A DNA stretch of 64,000 nt. Source: the human T2T-CHM13v2.0 reference genome, Homo sapiens. The translations under genes and the position numbers were made by a program. Positions 39,343 to 53,750 of the stretch are shown here, piece by piece; position 1 is the first letter of the stretch, and each line of letters starts with the position of its first letter. The stretch is taken from assembly GCF_009914755.1 (NCBI RefSeq), contig NC_060944.1; one strand, given 5' to 3'. A model generated the notes under the pieces. That model saw nothing but the letters and a program-made list of their open reading frames with translations. It ran no database searches and had not been told where the DNA came from.

Positions 39343-40037
39343 TGAAGCCTCTAGGGTACGTGCAACCAAAGCTCTAAACTAAGGTTCTGAATCCCAGCTA
39401 ACATTGCAAGCTCCACACTGGGCCTCCTCCAAGCCCCCATCCCTGCCCAAATACCCAGTTCCCGCACTGCCAGGACTCACCGACGCCTCAACAGAGCGTG
39501 GACTCTGTCCCCTTGATTTAGGCAGCACCTGCCACCTGATAACAGAGCGTAGCCTGTGATGGCATTAAACACTTCAAAGATCAAGTTATTATTTATAATT
39601 ATATATATGCTTATTTTAACAGTAACTCATCTACTTAATTGGAATATAAACTGGAAAATAAAATAATGTTATAAATTCCTGCTAGGCGCTGTTTTCTTCT
39701 GAAGGCCCTGAGCCAGAGGCCTGTTAAAAAGAAAGATCGCGTTTTGGAGAAATGTTAAAGACATAGTGCGTGAACTTGAGACTTCCCTCAAGGAAGGAGA
39801 GTTAAAAGAAAGGGGGGTTTGAAGGGCCACCTTCCTCACGATGTGTCTCCGCGTTACACAGTGAGTGTCTGTGTGATTTTGCTGGAGTGACGTTCCGTGT
39901 CATCCTCGATCGTGGAAAACCTTCTGCCCTACCCACATCCTCAAACACTTCACTGGGCTCAGGCCCCCTTACGCCTGTTGATGTCTGCATCTCTTGCTTG
40001 AGGGCTTCTTCCAGAACACAAGGTGGCCATTCTTCCA

Positions 40038-40079
40038 GCACACACATGCGCGCACACACACACATACACACAAACATAT

Positions 40080-40124
<45 letters not shown>
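40038..40124. repeat. (CA)n microsatellite
   Basis: Seen directly; about 22 perfect CA units at the 3' end. Confidence 0.95.
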
Positions 40125-40125
<1 letters not shown>

Positions 40126-40187
40126 CAAGCTGGAAATCACAGGGAATAAAAAAACCCACCACTATCACCACCACCAGCAACTTCCAA

Positions 40188-41270
<1,083 letters not shown>

Positions 41271-41744
41271 TGGCACCATGGGCGGCAACCCATGCGAGGG
41301 ACTGCGCCGCCTCTAATGATAAGATATGGGGAGCCAGGAGCCCTGCGTGACCTCCCTCTTCTGGGGAGGTTCTTGGTCTGATCCACTGCTTTTTCCTGAG
41401 ATCAGAACTTTCAAATCTACCTTGTGAAGTCTAGAAAAGCACATCTTTTACAGAGTGGGATTAGGAAACTGGTCATAATCTCACTGTCCTCAAAAAGAGC
41501 ACTTTTTCACAAACAGGCTGAGAGGTCTCCCCAGCTTTTCTCTCTATGCCCTATGACAGACCTCAGACCATGACATTCAGTCCAGAAAAATCCTGGAGGC
41601 GTCTTGACTGTTGAGAACCAGGAGTAGAGTCAGCTCAGGAAGGGGCTGCCTAGAGATTTCCACTGGGAGGGGCAGCTGCTGTTTATGAAATATTTTCATA
41701 TGGCATTGATTACTGAAAAAATGAACAGGAATGGAGTTGATCAG

Positions 41745-42200
41745 ATTTGCAATTAGAGACGATCACTCTGGCTGCTGCTGTAGAGAAGGAACTTGAGCAA
41801 TGTCAGCAAGGACACATAACACTGATCAGGAGGTCATTGCAAAGACTCAGGCAGGAGATGATGGCAGCTTAGACAAGGGTAGTGGTGGTGCAGATGGAGG
41901 GACCAGATCTGGGAGATACATGGGAGGTGAAATCCACAGGCCTGGGTAATGGACCGTATGGTGGGAATTAGCAAGCAGACAGGTGAAGGTACCATTGTCT
42001 GAGAAGACAAGCATAGGAGGGGAGCAGGCAAAGGACCGGGGTGGGAGATCCTGGCTTCATTCTTAGATGCGCTTAGTTTTGGGTGCCTTTGAAACATCCT
42101 GGTGGAGATTCCAGGAAGCCAGGTAGGTACAGGGTTCTGGAACTCAGAGGAGAGGCATGAGCTATAGAGACCACCAGCCTGGAGATGGTAAAGGAAGGAA
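41745..42200 (-). mobile_element. L2
   Basis: GATCACTCTGGCTGCTG, CAGGCAGGAGATGATGGCAGCTTAGAC, CTGGAACTCAGAGGAGAGG. Confidence 0.7.
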
Positions 42201-42299
42201 GAGAATCTTTAATTACAGACCAGGAAACAAAGGCATAGAACAGGAAAGAGATCTAACAAGGTTCACAGTCTCAGTGGCCTAGCAGCACAGTATCGTCAG

Positions 42300-42813
42300 T
42301 GTGGTGGGCTCAGTAACAACCCTCCAAAGGTCTCCACATCCTAATCCCTGGAACATGTCAATTGTCATTGTGGAGGGCTCAGTAATGACCCTCCAAAGAT
42401 GTCCACATCCTAATCCCCGGAACTTGCCAAGATGTTACCTTACTTGCTAGAAGGGGGCTCTGCAGATGTGATTAAATTAAGCATCTTGAGCTGGGGAGAT
42501 TATCCCGGATTCAGGATAATCCAGGTGGGTTCAACGTAATCACAAGGGGTTCTGTTAGAGGAGAAGACGATGTGGTGAGAGAAGCAGAGATTGGCGCAAT
42601 GAATACAAGGAAGGCAGCCCCTGGAAGCTGGAAGAGATAAGGAGCACATTCTCCACGGAGATCCAGGAGGAGCCACTGCTGACACCTCGATGTGAGCCCC
42701 ATAAAACTCATTTCTGACTTCTGACCTCCAGAGCTGTAAGAGTGTCAATATGTGTTCTTTTAGACCACTAAGTTTGTAGCAATTAGTTACAGCAGCCACA
42801 GAAAGCTAATACA
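42300..42813 (+). mobile_element. MLT1C/D LTR with a tandemly duplicated 5' end
   Basis: GCAGATGTGATTAAATTAAGCATCTTGAG...AAGCTAATACA. Confidence 0.85.
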
Positions 42814-43695
42814 GCTGAACTCACATTATTATTGACCACATAAACCTGGATCCTTGGGGGACTCTTTGACTGTAAGTAACAATACTGTGAGGACATTTCC
42901 TGCTGACTTAACAAGAGGTCTTGGGGCTGATTCAGCCACTCAGACTCTCCCTCCTTTTGCTCAGCCTTCAGGTTGGTAACGTCTCTGCCCACAATCATAG
43001 TATGGCCGCCATAACTCCAGCATCAGCACCTCACGGGACAATGTCTAAGCAGGATGAAGGGCACAGAAGTCAGGGGCCTCCAGATGCTCAAGACCTCTGG
43101 ATTTAATGAAGAGAACAATGATTCCTGCAAAGCCCAGAACACTTCCTTTTACATCTCATTGGCCAGAATTGATCATAGGCTCACTCTGGGACTGCAGAGT
43201 GTTGGTTCCTCCCCCTTGAGGGACAGGTTCCTGCCTGAGGGGAGAGTATAACATTCTACTCTGAGCTCTCTTCCAGGTTCCCAGGTCCTGAGAGATTAAC
43301 CCACTCCCTCCAAATTGCTTCTTTGTGTCAAGATTCTGACAATAGGACATGAGGGACACAGGCTGGACAAGTCACAAAGAAAGCTCCTTTCTGCAAGATT
43401 GCAACACCTGCCTCATCAGAGCCTCCAGACTTGTGGCTAGCACTCTGCCCATTTTGGTTCCTTCTCCTCTGAGCCCTCTTGTTCCCCAGGTTTTGGGAGA
43501 CACTTCCTTAGGGGAGTGGCAACAGCCATTCCTTGGCAGTGTCAATCTCACTGAGAGTTTTTGAAAGTTCATCATGTGCACCGAAAAAAAAAAGCAGAAT
43601 TCTATTAACAAGAGAGACTAGATATTGGGTAAGCAACTAGTAGTCGCTGCCACAAACTCTTTGTATGCTTACTTGGGGTAGCCTACCAGGCTTAA

Positions 43696-43911
43696 CCCAG
43701 TTCTCAGCCAGGGGCGACTGTATGTCATAGGAACATGTGGCAGTATTTGGAGACATATTTGGAGTCATATCATGGGGGATGTTTCTACTGGCATCTAGTG
43801 GGTAGAGAGAGGCCAGGGACGCTGTCAAGCATTCTACAATGCACATGACAGCCCCACAATGAAGAATGATCCGATTGCAAATGTCAACAGTGCTGAGGTT
43901 AAGAAACTCTG
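43696..43911. mobile_element. MER20 (hAT-Charlie)
   Basis: CTACTGGCATCTAGTGGGTAGAG...AAATGTCAACAGTGCTGAGGTTAAGAAACTCTG. Confidence 0.88.
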
Positions 43912-43967
43912 ACCTAATCCCTTGGGAGCAGGATAGGGGTGCCAGGTTTACCAAGAGGTGTATTCAT

Positions 43968-44266
43968 ATTTTTTTTGGTGCGGGGGAGACGGAATCTCGC
44001 TCTGTCATCCAGACTGGAGTGCATGGCACGATCTTGGCTCGCTGCAAATTCCACCTCCTGGGTTCAAGTGATTCTCCTGCCTCAGCCTCCCGAGCAGCTG
44101 GGATTACAGGCACCCGCCACCATGCCCGGCTAATTTTTTGTATTTTAGTAGAGACGGGGTTTCACCGTGTTGCCCAGGCTGGTCTCAAACTCCTGAGCTC
44201 AGGCAATCTGCCCACCTCTGCTTCCCAAAGTGCTAGGATTACAAGTGTGAGCCACTGCGCCTGGCC
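43968..44266 (-). mobile_element. AluS inserted in a MER53-like MITE (~43934-44354)
   Basis: Full Alu; MER53 end TCTGGCAACCCTA. Confidence 0.9.
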
Positions 44267-47150
44267 TGTACTTGTATTTATACTAAAATACTATTCCTTG
44301 TTTATTTGAAATTCACACTTAACTGGGTGTCCTGTGTTTGATCTGGCAACCCTAGAACAGGGTCAGACTCTATACCCCAGTGTTTGCTGTCGCCCAGGGC
44401 TTAACAACCTAACACACATTTGTCAAATGAATGAAAAAATGAGGATCTCACCAAAGATGTCCAAGGCTGCTGCACAATCCGGTCACCTTGGTCAAAATAC
44501 CTTCCTGGAGCCCATGCAGATAGCCTCCAAAACACAAAGCAGCCATCTGCTTCCTGGGCTCCATGACGGCAGCAGATCCCCTGCAAAGCAGCTCGGATAT
44601 CTTCCCTTTCCCTCCCCTTCCTCCAGGGAAGGTTGGCTGCCTGCTCTGCAGTGACACTGCAGGGTCAGAACTCAGCCTGTGAGTAATCCAAGAACAGTGC
44701 CTATTTGAGGGGTTCCTCGCTGCTGAGACAGACAGCCTGTGGCCATCAGTCCCAAATAGCATCTGTTAATGGCCCACTGGAGTATGGTCCCTGTCGAAGT
44801 CAAAGAAAAAAGCCCTTAATTCACTAATCGTCTAAACAGACAACACCAGCTGATAACTCCTATAAGCCCAGCTTATGATTCTTTATGAATCTCAGTGAAT
44901 GCAGCTGCAAACAGACTATAAAATTTGTTTTATCCACAGGGGAACCCTTTAGAGGGCTGATGGTGGAAACTGGATTCATGAGGACCCACTGCCCTGGATT
45001 TTCATAGTCAAGTTTTGCAGGCAATGGAAGAACATCCCAGGGCCTCATATGACAGCACGTTTCTGATTCCATGAATACTCATTGTGCACCGCCCTAAACC
45101 AGACACCGAGTATGCATTTTACCTTCATTAATCTTAATTCACATGACAGCTTGCAGTGTCCTTGATAGTAACCCCATTCTTAAGATGAGGAAACTGAGGC
45201 CCAGGGAGGTCAGCTAAGGAGGAAGGAGGGGCCAGCCAGTGGAGGCAGAGCCCAGGTTAGTTAGAACATTGGCCTTGGGGCTGTACTGCTCTTTTATTAA
45301 ATCACCACCATAATATATCAGCTCATAAGTGATTTTTCTGGACGGGGATTGCAAAACCAGGTGTGCTATCTTAGAGAGAGCCCTAAACTGAATTGCATTT
45401 ATGGTCAAATAGATCCTGCTTCCCCCTTTCAAGAACTTTTGTCCACCAAAGATCCATGAGCTCTACCTTTTCCGCAGAGATCTGGAGCTGTGCTGCCTGG
45501 GGACACCTTATTTTAATATTCACTTACATGTGATTAATGCTGCTTAACAAAGGCCTGTGTGCCTCAGTTTCATCACACAGTGAAATCTACAAGTTTAATC
45601 TTCCTTGCCTGCTTATCCAAAAAAGAACTATGGGTGGATGGTTAAGCAGCTAGACAAACTGTCACTGCTCTCTGCAAATTTTCCTCCTAATTGGAGGCAG
45701 CCCTGCTGTCTTTCACTGGTAAGAATTCTGATTAAACCTCATTGCTTTCCAAGGTTAAACGCATGCCACCCCAGGAGACCACAGTTACACCGTTTAGAAT
45801 CCACCCCCAAACTAACCCTTTATTCCTGAATGTGCACTTTGAGGCCTTGGGCATTAGTATAAACTACACTACACAATTATTTGTAATTAAGGGAGAAAAT
45901 GTGTACTGTGCTACAAAAATTAGCCGTGCTTTGTTGATGTGAATCATGTCTATGCCGGCGTGCCAGCCCAGAGAGGCGGCATAAAATACAATTAAATTTC
46001 TTCTGACTTAATAGTTGTTTATGTTGCTATTTTTCATAATCATAATATCTCAAGACACAGAAACAGTTTCTCTCTAATGTAATTGCGTTCTACCAATGAG
46101 ACAGCCTGGGTTTAAATGAAAACTCAGGCAGAATTAACCACAAGAGTGTATTGTATGGATGATGCTAGAATTTTGTTATAAAGCCCCATGCACAACTGTC
46201 CCCACTCAGGAGCTTAGACCTTTATCCCAATCCCATGAGGGTGACTCTGCAGCCTCTTCTGCTCTCGTGGAAGAGTTTGAGCCAAATTTCGTGAGCTATT
46301 AAAGCCACCTGTGCCCCAGTTTAGTGTCCTTGTGCTCCAGACCCCAGTCATTTCCCTACTTTTAACATTTCTCCTTTACACATTGATTTGGTTGACACAT
46401 ATTAAAAGCCTGACTTTTACAACCCTCATAAAATCCCATCTGCTCCAAGCTCCAATCCAAACTCAGCCAGAACATGCTCAGACAAACTGTTCGGATTATA
46501 CTTCAGCCTCTCAATGGAAGGACACACAAAGCAAGAGCAATTCTCTCTCTCTTTGTCATTAAACGTAAGTCAGGCATTCTTCACAAAATGCTGCCAAGAA
46601 AGCCATAGAAGGAATAGCATGACTTACACACATCAAAAGAAAGATCCCCTCAAGGGGGTTTGGGAAGAGTCGGGGTGGCATGAAGAGCTTGAAAGGCCCA
46701 ATTGTCCATCCAGGATGATACCAGTGAGAGATGTCATGAGGGGCGAGAGACATGGGAGGGGAAAGGCTGTGCCAGACACTGTGGATGGAGGCAGCAGGGG
46801 CTGGAGCATCAGGAGGCTGTGGGGGCCCCAAGGATTCTGCTGAGCCCCACCCAGGCCCAGCTGAGTCATGGCTGAGAGATTTCCCACGCCAGGGACATCT
46901 GAGACCCTGAGGCCCCTAAGTCTCCCAGGCAGACACCGAGCTCCAGAATGCGGCCAACAGTCCCCACCTGCATGGAAGGACCTGGAAAACAGGCTGAGGC
47001 CTTGAACCCAGAGGACCAAGTAGTTTGCTGGGAATTATGGGGAAGAAAGGTGGCTGAAGGAGCTTTGCAGACCCCCTGAGCTCATGGGTGTCTGAGCTGG
47101 TAAGTTAAGATCAGCCTAAAACACCTGACCTACAGCACCTGCCTACAATG

Positions 47151-47196
<46 letters not shown>

Positions 47197-47329
47197 CTTA
47201 CAGAGGCACTCACAGGCAAACACACATGCATACACACGCACACACAGAGGCACTCACAGGCAAACACACATGCATACACACACACGCACAGACTTACAGC
47301 GGGACTCACAGGCAAACACACACATGCAT

Positions 47330-47378
<49 letters not shown>

Positions 47379-47380
47379 CA
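47151..47380. repeat. Compound (CA)n with three ~40-bp internal units
   Basis: CAGAGGCACTCACAGGCAAACACACATGCATACACACGCA-like unit, three copies. Confidence 0.9.
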
Positions 47381-47709
47381 CAAACAAGATTTGTCCCCTC
47401 TCCCCTAAAGGAGAAGGGGCAAAATGCAGACATCACCACACGGGACCTTTGAACAGTGACAATGGAAAGAAAACCCAAGTAAACAAGTGATACCACCAGC
47501 CCAGCCACAGCCCCCTCTTCTATGCTAAATTCAATTTGCCACGTCCCCTTCATGGTGTTTCCTTGATGGCAGGAAAGGGATAGAGTAGAAAATTATAGGC
47601 AGGGCCCAGTGTGGGGAAGAGAGGCCTCAAAAACTCAAGGCCCGAGGGAAGGCAATATGCGGTGACACAGTGGTTTCCAAAACTATTTTTCCTCTCTACA
47701 TACACACAA

Positions 47710-47873
47710 CCAGATTCACCAGATTCAGCACACAAAAAAATGTATTTCAGAAAAGCAAAGAATAATTTTTTATGTAAGTATGCACCAAATATCACATAGG
47801 ACATGGTTATACTAAAAAATTAATTTATCAAAAATTCAGATTTAACCAAGAATCCTGTATTTTATTTGGCAAC
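47710..47873. mobile_element. MER53-like MITE
   Basis: TAAGTATG...TTATACTAAAAAATT...TCCTGTATTTT...TGGCAAC. Confidence 0.65.
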
Positions 47874-48034
47874 ACACACACACACACAGACACACTCTCA
47901 CACATCTTATCTAGGACTCAACATAAAAAGCAGCTAAAAAGCAGGTCCTACCCCTGGGCCTCCCTGCCCCAGCCCCTAGACCCTGATGGCACTTTCTTGG
48001 ACTCTAAGGGCCCAATTAGAAAATCACTGGTGCA

Positions 48035-48327
<293 letters not shown>

Positions 48328-48751
48328 GCACCAGCGCGGTGGAAAGGGTATGCGTTCCACGTCAAGGTACAGTTCCACCTGGTTCAAACCCCACTTGCCA
48401 GCCTCGTGACCTTGAGCAAGACCCTTTACGTCTTTGAGCATTAATTTTTCCATAAACTTAGGTTTATGTTTGAATCTGGGTATTTGCTCATGTGTGTGTT
48501 GGAACACTGCCCTCTCGCCCCTCTTGTCACCCGTCTCTTTCCCACCAGGCTCCCTGTCACTGGGGAAGAGAAGAGGAGGCTGCTCTAAAGCAGGTTCTCA
48601 GTGGAGACAGAGAGCAGGGAGACAGACTTTCCCTAGAGGACACCCCCAGATTTGTTCACCTTGTAGCGAACTGTGAAAGGGATTTCTTACTGCATCTCCA
48701 TCTCCTGTTACAGAGCCACCAGAGGGTTCTAATTAACTTAAAGTCATTAAT

Positions 48752-49011
48752 GGCTGGGCACAGTGGCTCATGCCTGTAATCTCAGAACTTGAGGGGCCAA
48801 GGTGGGCAGATCACTTGAGATCAGAAGTTCAAGACCAGCCTGGACAACATGGTGAAACCCTCTCTCTACTAAAAATAAGAAAATTAGCAGGGCACTGTGG
48901 CGGGCACCTGTAATCCCAGCTGCCGGGAGGCAGAGGTTACAATGAGCAGAGATCGTGCCACTGCACTCCAGCCTGGGCAACAGAATGAGACTCTGTATCC
49001 AAAAAAAAAAA
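48752..49011 (+). mobile_element. AluS with a right-arm deletion
   Basis: CCCAGCT jumps to GCCGGGAGGCAGAGG; TSD AAAGTCATT(A/C)AT. Confidence 0.9.
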
Positions 49012-50450
49012 GTCATTCATTAAATATAGAAACGGGGTGGAGAGGACAGACTGAAGACCCCTGGCCTCTTGCTTGTGCAGCATCGAGGAGGAGAGAAAAC
49101 TCAAGGCAGCCCACAAGGTGTCCTCATAAGCAACTTTAGTGTCCTCATAAGCAACTCAAAGAGTAATGGTGCTGGGCTAGGCTGGTGGCACATAGGACAT
49201 TTGTTCATGAAGACCCTTCCTGCCCTAGGCCAAGTTTAAGTACACACCATGGCTTAGAAGGTGGGTGTGAGGTTCAGGCTTTGGTGATACTTGCTGGCTT
49301 GTTTTTTTGGGGGTTTTTTGGGTTTTTTAAATATATTACTTCCCCTGAAGCATTAATAACATGCTAAGTTTCCAAACTTATCAGCTGAGTGATGAGTTGA
49401 CTATAAAACGCCGGGTTGGAGAGTGACAATATGCCCCTGGGTGTGCGTGCACGCCCGTGTGTCCAAATGAACCTACGTGTGTCTGTTGCCCAGAATATGG
49501 CTCCTATGCAATGATCTTGAACACCTGGTTAATGTATTTATAAAGGCAATACAATCATACAGAGAACACCGCTGGCATTTGGCGCTCATTCCCCTTTGAT
49601 TGAGGGATGATTTTTCTCTCCACTGTTCTGGAATTGGTGAAGTGTTGAGACCTGCATCACAGAGATGGTTCTAGTCTCCTGATTTAGGCTGGATGGGGAA
49701 TATTCCCAGCCCATCCTGTCCCATAATAGAGACTACCAGTTCTTAGACATCATCTCCCTCAGAAGCAGGGAATTCTCTCCACCCAGAGACTGCTTCATCT
49801 GCAGCTCTTCATGCTCGCTTATGATTTTGAAACCCACATCTTATGACTTTGAGTCTGCGTTGCCCAGTGGTCCTGGCCTCTGACCCATAGCTTCATCTTA
49901 TGAAAATCCTAGCCCCCAGTTTTGTACACCTGGGCCCTGATGGAGACTTAGATAATTTCTATCCCAACCCCAGGATCGTTTTGCGCAGCTTTCTTATGTG
50001 GATTGATGGACAGGTCCATCCCTGGGTACCATAACCACTACCCAAGAAGTGTCTGACCAAGTGGAAGCCAAGCGTGTTAAGGGAAGAAAGTTGCCAACAG
50101 CCCTTCTCACTGGCTCCCATTCAGGGCCTCAGGAGTGACGTGACCCACCCCAGGGGCTGGAGGAGAGAAGCTTTTTGGCTAAAAGTTTGAGAAAACTGTT
50201 TACACAGAAGTCCCGAAGAGATTCATGCTCTGGTGAAAATCAGATGATCCAAAAAATTGTGTGTGACCTGCTGTAGAGATGGACAGTAGCCAGGAGACAC
50301 CACGCTTCTGAATGCAGATCATCTGGCTCTTTCTGAAAAAGGGAACCCTTGATGGGCTGGGATTCTTAGTGACTTGGAGTGCTGACTATTTGAATGTGAA
50401 TCAGGATTTGTTCAGCTGCAAGGAGTAGAGTAAATTAACAGTTGCTTAGT

Positions 50451-50750
50451 CAGTGCTTCTGAAACTTTCGTGTGCATACAAATCACCTGGGTTCCTTGTT
50501 AAACAGTAGCTTCTAATTCATTGGGCATGGAATGGCATCTATAATAAGCTCTTAAGTAAAGTCCACGCTTCTAGTCCAGGGACCATGATTTGAGTAGCAG
50601 AGGGGTGTAAACTGCAACTACCAGGGAGCTTCCAACTTAATTGGAATCCTCCAGAATTCCAATTTAATTGGTATGGGGTGTGGTCTGGGAATTGGCAAAT
50701 TTTAAATCCCCCCAGGTGCTTCTAGTGCACAGCTAAGACAAGAACCACTG
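50451..50750. mobile_element. Two MER5-family MITEs inside an old MLT1 LTR
   Basis: CAGTGCTTCT...AATCACCTGGG...TTTGAGTAGCA; CCCCCAGGTGCTTCTA...AGAACCACTG. Confidence 0.65.
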
Positions 50751-50834
50751 ACTTAAGCAATAGAGACTTTTCCTTACCGCACGGTACAAGAAGTCCAGAA
50801 GGCCGCGTTTTCCAGGCTGGTTTGGCAGCACTAT

Positions 50835-52121
50835 CGTGTCCGGAATTGGTGGGTTCTTGGTCTCACTGACTTCAAGAATGAAGCCGCGGACCCTCTCGGG
50901 GAGTGTTACAGCTTTTAAGGCGGTGCGTCTGGAGTTGTTCGTTCTCTCCCGGTGGGTTCGTGGTCTCGCTGGCTTCAGAAGTGAAGCTGCAGACCTTCGT
51001 CGTGAGTGTTACAGCCCATAAAAGCAGTGTGGACCCAAAAAGTAAGCAGCAGCAAGTTATTGCAAAGAGCAAAAGAACAAACCTCCCACAGAACGGCAAG
51101 GGGACCCAAATGAATTGCCACTGCTAGGTCTGGCAGCCTGCTTTTATTCGCTTATCTGGCCCCGCCCACATGCTGCTGATTGGTCCATTTTACAGAGAGC
51201 CGATTGGTCTGTTTTACAGAGAGCTGATTGGTCCATTTTGACAGGGTGCTGATTGGTGCCATTTACAATCCCTGAGCTAGACGTAAAAGTTCTCCACCTC
51301 CCCCCTAGATTAGCTAGATACAGAGTGTCCACACAGAGGTTCTCCAAGTCCCCAGCAGAGTAGCTAGAAACAGAGCGTCAATTGGTGCATTCACAAACCC
51401 TGAGCTAGACACAGGGTGCTGATTGGTGTGTTTACAAACCTTGAGCTAGATACAGAGTGCTGATTGGTGTATTTACAATCCCTTAGCTAGACATAAAGGT
51501 TCTCCAAGTCCCCACCAAACTCAGGAGCCCAGTTGGCTTCACCCAGTGGATCCCATACTGGGGCCGCAGGTGGAGCTGCCTGCCAGTCCCGTGCTATGCA
51601 CCTGCACTCCTCAGCCCTTGGGTGGTTGATGGCACTGGGTGCCGTGGAGCAGGGGGCAGCACTCGTCTGGGAGGCTGGGGCCGCACAGGAACCCACCGCG
51701 GAGGGTAGGCTCAGGTATGGCGGGCTGTGGGTCCCGAGCCCTGCCCCGCAGGGAGGCAGCTAAGGCCCGGCAAGAAGTCGAGCACAGCAGCTGCTGGCCC
51801 AGGTGGTAAGCCCCTCACTGCCTGGGGCTTGCAGGCCGGCCAGCCGCTCCGAGTGCGGGCCCCCTGAGCCCACGCCCACCCGGAACTCACGCTGGCCGGC
51901 AAGCGCCGTGTGCAGCCCCGGTTCCCGCCTGCGCCTCTCCCTCCACACCTCCCTGCAAGCTGAGGGAGCCGGCTCCGGCCTTGGCCAGCCCAGAAAGGGG
52001 CTCCCACGGTGCAGAGGTGGGCTGAAGGGCTCCTCAAGCGCGGCCAGAGTGGGCGCCAAGGCCCAGGAGGCACCGAGAGCAAGCAAGGGCTGCAGGGCTG
52101 CCAACATGCTGTCACCTCTCA
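50835..52121 (-). mobile_element. LTR12 (ERV9) solo LTR, LTR12C/D-like, inserted in an old MLT1
   Basis: The reverse complement starts TGAGAGGTGACAGC and ends AATTCCGGACACG; TSD CTAT at 50831-34 and 52122-25; CpG-rich U3. Confidence 0.95.
51110..51480 (-). promoter_or_regulatory. LTR12 promoter: 7 CCAAT (NF-Y) boxes, a GATA site and an AATAAAA TATA-like box, firing leftwards
   Basis: ATTGG on + near 51179, 51203, 51227, 51252, 51381, 51422 and 51463; TTTTATT at 51142-48; CTTATCT at ~51151. Confidence 0.7.
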
Positions 52122-52821
52122 CTATGGTGGAATTAGGAGCCAGAATCTTTCCATCCTTGTGTTCCACCATCCTTATCATGTCTTCAACCTTAATGCCTCA
52201 CGGTCTCAAGATGGCTGCAGAGTTCCAGACATCATATCCACCCACAGGGTAGGAAGAAATGGCAGGACACTTTGCTGTCTCTCTCTTCAGCAGGAACTTT
52301 CATGGAACTCAGCCCCTCCACCCACACAACAGACATCACTTTGTCTTTTTGCCAGGTGTGGGTTATATATGTGGTTGCCATATTCAGCAAATAAACGTAC
52401 TAAATTTAAATTGGGACAAGTTTATGCTAAACAATTATTCATTGTTTTTCTGGAAGGTGAATGTAACTAGGCATCCTGTGCTTCCTCTGGCCCTAGTAAT
52501 ATTTAATACATCCACCCATATACCAATAATTGACAAAGGGAACTAGGATGATTACACTTGGTTTAGCCTCCAGCCCACCCTCTAATTAACCCATCCCTTT
52601 ATCCTTAGCTGAGCCTGAGTTCCTCTCTCTTATTGGCCAGACCTGGGTCACATGTTTGTCTCTGAGCCAATCGCTGGCTAGAGAAATGGGATGTGCTGAC
52701 TGGCTTAGCCTGGGTCACATGCTCCATCCTACAGCCAAACATGTAAGGTGGATAAGGGAGAAGGCGTTACCTCCCTTATCGAGGCGAAAGGCTGTAACTA
52801 GGAGGAGGGTGCACTAACCAC

Positions 52822-53319
52822 GTGTTTTATTTTCTGTATTCCGACACTTTGGTATCTGGGACCATGCTGACCCTGACCTGCCTTTCTGAGGGTTAGCCAA
52901 TTCTTGATAAAGCATGCTTTTCAAATACAAACCAACCAACCCAGAGCCAATGCTCCAACCCCCTCCTTTATTGGACCCTCCTATTCCATTCCCTAGTCAC
53001 GCCAGGGCCAGGTGCCAGACAGCTAGGGGCAGTCCCTATGCCCCAGGGCCCCCTGAAATTATTGAAACTAACTAGCCAATCCCAAAACCTGCTTACCTCG
53101 CCTTCCTCATTTCGTCCCTCCAAAGCCACAATCAAGGCTCTTTCCCACATTCACTCCCTCTCCTTCTTCCTCTGCCAACCCCAGCGCTTCCCTGGGTGGT
53201 CCCCATGGTATGGTGTGTCCCCTCCTGTCGGGACCTGTAACAAACCCTCTTTTGAGTGGCAGTCCTTTCCTGACTTATTATACCTCGAATTTTCCATCAA
53301 TCCAGTGTACTTTAAAACA
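52822..53319 (+). mobile_element. ERVL LTR, MER74/MER73/MER54-like
   Basis: GCTGACCCTG...GGTTAGCCAATTC...CCAGGGCCAGGTGCCAGACAGCTAGGG...TTTAAAACA. Confidence 0.7.
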
Positions 53320-53334
53320 GAGGGAAAGCATTTT

Positions 53335-53750
53335 TTCAAATAAATGTATTCAAGCATCTACTAGTACGCCAGACATTGCTTCAGTGATGGGATACAGCCA
53401 TGAACGAAGCCCATACAATGCTCCTGAAACAGACATTCTAGTGAAGTAAGATAAATAAGCACATGCAAAATATGTGTCATGTCAGATAGTGGTGGGTGTT
53501 GGCAAGGAGGACAGAGAACGGGCAGGAATCGTAAGAGGCTGCAATTTCAAATGGAGCAGGCAAGGAGGGCCTTACTGAGAAGGTGACATTTGAAGAGAGA
53601 GCTGAGGTAGCTGAGGGAGGAAGCCACAAAGACATCTGGTGAAAGAGCCATCCAGGCACAGAGCACAGCAAGTGCAAAGGCCCTGAGGTCAGGAGGGATT
53701 TTAACTGGCTTCCCCTGGATGTTGGGTGGAGAAACGTGATTGGCACAGAC
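53335..53750 (-). mobile_element. L2
   Basis: CTGAGAAGGTGACATTTGA...CAGCAAGTGCAAAGGCCCTGAGG. Confidence 0.85.

Noticed and set aside
51487-52470. Cluster of overlapping ORFs and CpG-island-like composition
   Set aside because: Explained by the GC-rich LTR12 U3; not a gene
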